Assembly: GCA_964016885.1 (NCBI GenBank)
Contig: CAXHJY010001431.1
Location: 36,001-100,000, forward strand
Source of the DNA: Eledone cirrhosa
Taxonomy: Eukaryota
DNA length: 64,000 nucleotides
Direction of reading: 5' to 3'
Numbering within the stretch: the first letter of the stretch is position 1; each line of letters begins with the position of its first letter. The translations under genes and the position numbers were made by a program. A model generated the notes under the pieces. That model was not told the DNA's origin and did not search any database. It was given only the letters and a program-made list of their open reading frames with translations. This document shows, piece after piece, positions 56,901 through 64,000 of the stretch.

Positions 56901-59900
56901 TCGAAAAGGTAACTCCGCCGGTAAATAGTCATTTTTGTGATTCGTTTTCTTCGAAGCACACCATTCGCCGCCGGACTTCAGCTTCCTCATTTAGCATGGG
57001 CAGTTTTTCTTGAAAATCACACCACACACAGCAAATGTGTGTCTGCACATGGACCAGTAATTACAGATCGATGCGACCATAGGCGGCCGGCCCACGATCG
57101 AAAAGGTAACTCCGCCGGCAAATTCGCATTTTTGTGATTCGTTTCTTCGAAGCACACCATTCGCTGGTGGACTTCAGCTTCCGCATTTAGCATGGGCAGC
57201 TTTTCTTGAAAATCACACCACACACAGCAAATGTGTGTCTGCACATGGACCAGTAATTACAGATCGATCCGACCACGGGCGGCCGGCCCACCATCGAAAA
57301 GGTAACTCCGCCGGCAAATTCGCATTTTTGTGATTCGTTTCTTCGAAGCACACCATTCGCTGGTGGACTTCAGCTTCCGCATTTAGCATGGGCAACTTTT
57401 CTTGAAAATCACACCACACACAGGCAATGAGTGTCTGCACATGTACCAGTAATTACAAATCGATCCGACCACGGGCGGCCGGCCACGATCGAAAAGGTAA
57501 CTCCGCCGGCAAATTCGCATTTTTGTGATTCGTTTCTTCGAAGCACACCATTCGCTGGTGGACTTCAGCTTCCGCATTTAGCATGGGCAGCTTTTCTTGA
57601 ACATCACACCACACACAGCTAATGAGTGTCTGCACATATACCAGTAATTACAGATCGATCCGACCACGGGCGGCCGGCTCACGATCGAAAAGGTAACTCC
57701 GCCGGCAAATTCGCATTTTTGTGATTCGTTTCTTCGAAGCACACCATTCGCTGGTGGACTTCAGCTTCCTCATTTAGCATGGGCAGCTTTTCTTGAAAAT
57801 CACACCACACACAGCAGATGTGTGTCTGCACATGGACCAGTAATTACAGATCGATCCGACCATAGGCGGCCGGCTCACGATCGAAAAGGTAACTCCGCCG
57901 GCAAATTCGCATTTTTGTGATTCGTTTCTTCGAAGCACACCATTCGCTGGTGGACTTCAGCTTCCGCATTTAGCTTGGGCAGCTTTTCTTGAAAATCACA
58001 CCACATACAGTCAATGAGTGTCTGCACATATACCAGTAATTACAGATCGATCCGACCACGGGTGGCCGGCCCACGATCGAAAAGGTAACTCCGCCGGCAA
58101 ATTCGCATTTTTGTGATTCGTTTCTTCGAAGCACACCATTCGCTGGTAGACTTCAGCTTCCGCATTTAGCATGGGCAGCGTTTCTTGAAAATCACACCAC
58201 ACACAGTCAATGAGTGTCTGCACATATACCAGTAATTACAGATCGATCCGACCACAGGCGGCCGGCCCACGATCGAAAAGGTAACTCCGCCGGCAAATTC
58301 GCATTTTTGTGATTCGTTTCTTCGAAGCACACCATTCGCTGGTGGACTTCAGCTTCCGCATTTAGCATGGGCAACGTTTCGTGAAAATCACACCACACAG
58401 AGCAAATGTGTGTCTTCACATGGACCAGTAATTACAGATCGATCCGACCACAGGCGGCCGGCCCACGATCGAAAAGGTAACTCCGCCGGTAAATAGTCAT
58501 TTTTGTGATTCGTTTTCTTCGAAGCACACCATTCGCCGCCGGACTTCAGCTTCCTCATTTAGCATGGGCAGTTTTTCTTGAAAATCACACCACACACGGC
58601 AAATGTGTGCCAGCACATGGACCAGTAATTACAGATCGATGCGACCATAGGCGGCCGGCCCACGATCGAAAAGGTAACTCCGCCGGCAAATTCGCATTTT
58701 TGTGATTCGTTTCTTCGAAGCACACCATTCGCTGGTGGACTTCAGCTTCCGCATTTAGCATGGGCAGCTTTTCTTGAAAATCACACCACACACAGTCAAT
58801 GAGTGTCTGCACATATACCAGTAATTACAGATCGATCCGACCACAGGCGGCCGGCCCACGATCGAAAAGGTAACTCCGCCGGCAAATTCGCATTTTTGTG
58901 ATTCGTTTCTTCGAAGCACACCATTCGCTGGTGGACTTCAGCTTCCGCATTTAGCATGGGCAGCTTTTCTTGAAAATCACACCACACACAGCAAATGTGT
59001 GTCTGCACATGGACCAGTAATTACAGATCGATCCGACCACGGGCGGCCGGCCCACCATCGAAAAGGTAACTCCGCCGGCAAATTCGCATTTTTGTGATTC
59101 GTTTCTTCGAAGCACACCATTCGCTGGTGGACTTCAGCTTCCGCATTTAGCATGGGCAACTTTTCTTGAAAATCACACCACACACAGGCAATGAGTGTCT
59201 GCACATGTACCAGTAATTACAAATCGATCCGACCACGGGCGGCCGGCCACGATCGAAAAGGTAACTCCGCCGGCAAATTCGCATTTTTGTGATTCGTTTC
59301 TTCGAAGCACACCATTCGCTGGTGGACTTCAGCTTCCGCATTTAGCATGGGCAGCTTTTCTTGAACATCACACCACACACAGCCAATGAGTGTCTGCACA
59401 TATACCAGTAATTACAGATCGATCCGACCACGGGCGGCCGGCTCACGATCGAAAAGGTAACTCCGCCGGCAAATTCGCATTTTTGTGATTCGTTTCTTCG
59501 AAGCACACCATTCGCTGGTGGACTTCAGCTTCCTCATTTAGCATGGGCAGCTTTTCTTGAAAATCACACCACACACAGCAGATGTGTGTCTGCACATGGA
59601 CCAGTAATTACAGATCGATCCGACCATAGGCGGCCGGCTCACGATCGAAAAGGTAACTCCGCCGGCAAATTCGCATTTTTGTGATTCGTTTCTTCGAAGC
59701 ACACCATTTGCTGGTGGACTTCAGCTTCCGCATTTAGCATGGGCAGCTTTTCTTGAAAATCACACCACACACAGCTAATGAGTGTCTGCACCTATACCAG
59801 TTATTACAGATCGATCCGACCACGGGCAGCCGGCCCACGATCGAAAAGGTAACTCCGCCGGCAAATTCGCATTTTTGTGATTCGTTTCTTCGAAGCACAC

Positions 59901-62900
59901 CATTCGTTGGTGGACTTCAGCTTCCGCATTTAGCATGGGCAACGTTTCGTGAAAATCACACCACACAGAGCAAATGTGTGTTTGCACATGGACCAGTAAT
60001 TACAGATCGATCCGACCACAGGCGGCCGGCCCACGATCGAAAAGGTAACTCCGCCGGTAAATAGTCATTTTTGTGATTCGTTTTCTTCGAAGCACACCAT
60101 TCGCCGCCGGACTTCAGCTTCCTCATTTAGCATGGGCAGTTTTTCTTGAAAATCACACCACACACAGCAAATGTGTGTCTGCACATGGACCAGTAATTAC
60201 AGATCGATGCGACCATAGGCGGCCGGCCCACGATCGAAAAGGTAACTCCGCCGGCAAATTCGCATTTTTGTGATTCGTTTCTTCGAAGCACACCATTCGC
60301 TGGTGGACTTCAGCTTCCGCATTTAGCATGGGCAGCTTTTCTTGAAAATCACACCACACACAGCAAATGTGTGTCTGCACATGGACCAGTAATTACAGAT
60401 CGATCCGACCACGGGCGGCCGGCCCACCATCGAAAAGGTAACTCCGCCGGCAAATTCGCATTTTTGTGATTCGTTTCTTCGAAGCACACCATTCGCTGGT
60501 GGACTTCAGCTTCCGCATTTAGCATGGGCAACTTTTCTTGAAAATCACACCACACACAGGCAATGAGTGTCTGCACATGTACCAGTAATTACAAATCGAT
60601 CCGACCACGGGCGGCCGGCCACGATCGAAAAGGTAACTCCGCCGGCAAATTCGCATTTTTGTGATTCGTTTCTTCGAAGCACACCATTCGCTGGTGGACT
60701 TCAGCTTCCGCATTTAGCATGGGCAGCTTTTCTTGAAAATCACACCACACACAGCTAATGAGTGTCTGCACATATACCAGTAATTACAGATCGATCCGAC
60801 CACGGGCGGCCGGCTCACGATCGAAAAGGTAACTCCGCCGGCAAATTCGCATTTTTGTGATTCGTTTCTTCGAAGCACACCATTCGCTGGTGGACTTCAG
60901 CTTCCTCATTTAGCATGGGCAGCTTTTCTTGAAAATCACACCACACACAGCAGATGTGTGTCTGCACATGGACCAGTAATTACAGATCGATCCGACCATA
61001 GGCGGCCGGCTCACGATCGAAAAGGTAACTCCGCCGGCAAATTCGCATTTTTGTGATTCGTTTCTTCGAAGCACACCATTTGCTGGTGGACTTCAGCTTC
61101 CGCATTTAGCATGGGCAGCTTTTCTTGAAAATCACACCACACACAGCTAATGAGTGTCTGCACCTATACCAGTTATTACAGATCGATCCGACCACGGGCA
61201 GCCGGCCCACGATCGAAAAGGTAACTCCGGCGGCAAATTCGCATTTTTGTGATTCGATTCTTCGAAGCACACCATTCGCTGGTGGACTTCAGCTTCCGCA
61301 TTTAGCATGGGCAGCTTTTCTTGAAAATCACACCACACACAGCAAATGTGTGTCTGCACATGGACCAGTAATTACAGATCGATCCGACCACGGGCGGCCG
61401 GCCCACCATCGAAAAGGTAACTCCGCCGGCAAATTCGCATTTTTGTGATTCGTTTCTTCGAAGCACACCATTCGCTGGTGGACTTCAGCTTCCGCATTTA
61501 GCATGGGCAGCTTTTCTTGAAAATCACACCACACACAGTCAATGAGTGTCTGCACATATACCAGTAATTACAGATCGATCCGACCACAGGCGGCCGGCCC
61601 ACGATCGAAAAGGTAACTCCGCCGGCAAATTCGCATTTTTGTGATTCGTTTCTTCGAAGCACACCATTCGCTGGTGGACTTCAGCTTCCGCATTTAGCAT
61701 GGGCAGCTTTTCTTGAAAATCACACCACACACAGCAAATGTGTGTCTGCACATGGACCAGTAATTACAGATCGATCCGACCACGGGCGGCCGGCCCACCA
61801 TCGAAAAGGTAACTCCGCCGGCAAATTCGCATTTTTGTGATTCGTTTCTTCGAAGCACACCATTCGCTGGTGGACTTCAGCTTCCGCATTTAGCATGGGC
61901 AACTTTTCTTGAAAATCACACCACACACAGGCAATGAGTGTCTGCACATGTACCAGTAATTACAAATCGATCCGACCACGGGCGGCCGGCCACGATCGAA
62001 AAGGTAACTCCGCCGGCAAATTCGCATTTTTGTGATTCGTTTCTTCGAAGCACACCATTCGCTGGTGGACTTCAGCTTCCGCATTTAGCATGGGCAGCTT
62101 TTCTTGAACATCACACCACACACAGCCAATGAGTGTCTGCACATATACCAGTAATTACAGATCGATCCGACCACGGGCGGCCGGCTCACGATCGAAAAGG
62201 TAACTCCGCCGGCAAATTCGCATTTTTGTGATTCGTTTCTTCGAAGCACACCATTCGCTGGTGGACTTCAGCTTCCTCATTTAGCATGGGCAGCTTTTCT
62301 TGAAAATCACACCACACACAGCAGATGTGTGTCTGCACATGGACCAGTAATTACAGATCGATCCGACCATAGGCGGCCGGCTCACGATCGAAAAGGTAAC
62401 TCCGCCGGCAAATTCGCATTTTTGTGATTCGTTTCTTCGAAGCACACCATTTGCTGGTGGACTTCAGCTTCCGCATTTAGCATGGGCAGCTTTTCTTGAA
62501 AATCACACCACACACAGCTAATGAGTGTCTGCACCTATACCAGTTATTACAGATCGATCCGACCACGGGCAGCCGGCCCACGATCGAAAAGGTAACTCCG
62601 CCGGCAAATTCGCATTTTTGTGATTCGTTTCTTCGAAGCACACCATTCGTTGGTGGACTTCAGCTTCCGCATTTAGCATGGGCAACGTTTCGTGAAAATC
62701 ACACCACACAGAGCAAATGTGTGTTTGCACATGGACCAGTAATTACAGATCGATCCGACCACAGGCGGCCGGCCCACGATCGAAAAGGTAACTCCGCCGG
62801 TAAATAGTCATTTTTGTGATTCGTTTTCTTCGAAGCACACCATTCGCCGCCGGACTTCAGCTTCCTCATTTAGCATGGGCAGTTTTTCTTGAAAATCACA

Positions 62901-63730
62901 CCACACACAGCAAATGTGTGTCTGCACATGGACCAGTAATTACAGATCGATGCGACCATAGGCGGCCGGCCCACGATCGAAAAGGTAACTCCGCCGGCAA
63001 ATTCGCATTTTTGTGATTCGTTTCTTCGAAGCACACCATTCGCTGGTGGACTTCAGCTTCCGCATTTAGCATGGGCAGCTTTTCTTGAAAATCACACCAC
63101 ACACAGCAAATGTGTGTCTGCACATGGACCAGTAATTACAGATCGATCCGACCACGGGCGGCCGGCCCACCATCGAAAAGGTAACTCCGCCGGCAAATTC
63201 GCATTTTTGTGATTCGTTTCTTCGAAGCACACCATTCGCTGGTGGACTTCAGCTTCCGCATTTAGCATGGGCAACTTTTCTTGAAAATCACACCACACAC
63301 AGGCAATGAGTGTCTGCACATGTACCAGTAATTACAAATCGATCCGACCACGGGCGGCCGGCCACGATCGAAAAGGTAACTCCGCCGGCAAATTCGCATT
63401 TTTGTGATTCGTTTCTTCGAAGCACACCATTCGCTGGTGGACTTCAGCTTCCGCATTTAGCATGGGCAGCTTTTCTTGAACATCACACCACACACAGCTA
63501 ATGAGTGTCTGCACATATACCAGTAATTACAGATCGATCCGACCACGGGCGGCCGGCTCACGATCGAAAAGGTAACTCCGCCGGCAAATTCGCATTTTTG
63601 TGATTCGTTTCTTCGAAGCACACCATTCGCTGGTGGACTTCAGCTTCCTCATTTAGCATGGGCAGCTTTTCTTGAAAATCACACCACACACAGCAGATGT
63701 GTGTCTGCACATGGACCAGTAATTACAGAT
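47950..63730. repeat. Nested HOR domain: ~1372-bp 7-mer subunits, 5879-bp 30-mer period, interrupted by a 4115-bp 21-mer tandem duplication
   Basis: Offsets: 49759/51131/52502 (1372, 1371); 48017/53896 (5879); 51153/55268 through 55032/59147 (4115); 48017/58011 through 53338/63332 (9994 = 5879+4115). Marker GCACCTATACCAGTTATT is seen only from 49.8 kb onward. Confidence 0.88.
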
Positions 63731-64000
63731 CGATCCGACCACGGGCGGCCGGCCCACCATCGAAAAGGTAACTCCGCCGGCAAATTCGCATTTTTGTGAT
63801 TCGTTTCTTCGAAGCACACCATTCGCTGGTGGACTTCAGCTTCCGCATTTAGCATGGGCAGCTTTTCTTGAAAATCACACCACACACAGTCAATGAGTGT
63901 CTGCACATATACCAGTAATTACAGATCGATCCGACCACAGGCGGCCGGCCCACGATCGAAAAGGTAACTCCGCCGGCAAATTCGCATTTTTGTGATTCGT

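Larger units (their letters stand above)
1..64000. repeat. Tandem satellite DNA array, ~196-bp monomer, ~326 head-to-tail copies, running off both window ends
   Basis: CTTCGAAGCACACCATT starts at 1 and again at 197, and recurs at ~196-bp steps to the end. ORF-track offsets are 195/196/197 bp throughout. Consensus: CTTCGAAGCACACCATTCGCTGGTGGACTTCAGCTTCCGCATTTAGCATGGGCAGCTTTTCTTGAAAATCACACCACACACAGCAAATGTGTGTCTGCACATGGACCAGTAATTACAGATCGATCCGACCACGGGCGGCCGGCCCACGATCGAAAAGGTAACTCCGCCGGCAAATTCGCATTTTTGTGATTCGTTT. Confidence 0.99.

Noticed and set aside
265-63906. Hundreds of 60-116 aa ORFs (MQT..CVWCDFQEKLPMLNAEAEVHQRMVCFEETNHKNANLPAELPFR...) as a tandem small-protein gene family
   Set aside because: They overlap one another and shift frame each monomer (196 is not a multiple of 3). 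Common variants freely add stops (GGCTCAC gives TGA on the minus strand) and 1-bp frameshifts. There is no intergenic space and no recognisable domain.
1-64000. CRISPR array or other repeat-spacer/cassette system
   Set aside because: There are no unique spacers: the entire 196 bp is repeated with only point variants. No cas, integrase or reverse transcriptase genes are present.

Overview
The whole 64 kb window is one uninterrupted, head-to-tail array of a ~196-bp satellite DNA monomer: about 326 copies, all in the same orientation, ~50% GC by hand count. I saw no genes, transposon insertions, inversions or unique spacers. Every ORF in the track is a by-product of the repeated monomer. The informative signal lies in the variant pattern. 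There are 195-, 197- and 238-bp length variants and two SNP-defined monomer families, arranged into successive higher-order repeat (HOR) domains: 14/11/13-mer (1-15 kb), 8-mer and 18-mer (15-23.5 kb), a relict boundary segment (23.5-25.3 kb), a near-perfect 6-mer (25.3-32.9 kb), a 14- to 17-mer (35-47 kb) and nested 7/14/21/30-mers (48-64 kb). This architecture resembles a eukaryotic centromeric or heterochromatic satellite, which is an inference. I cannot name the organism or satellite family, and I found no evidence for a protein-coding or CRISPR-like system.
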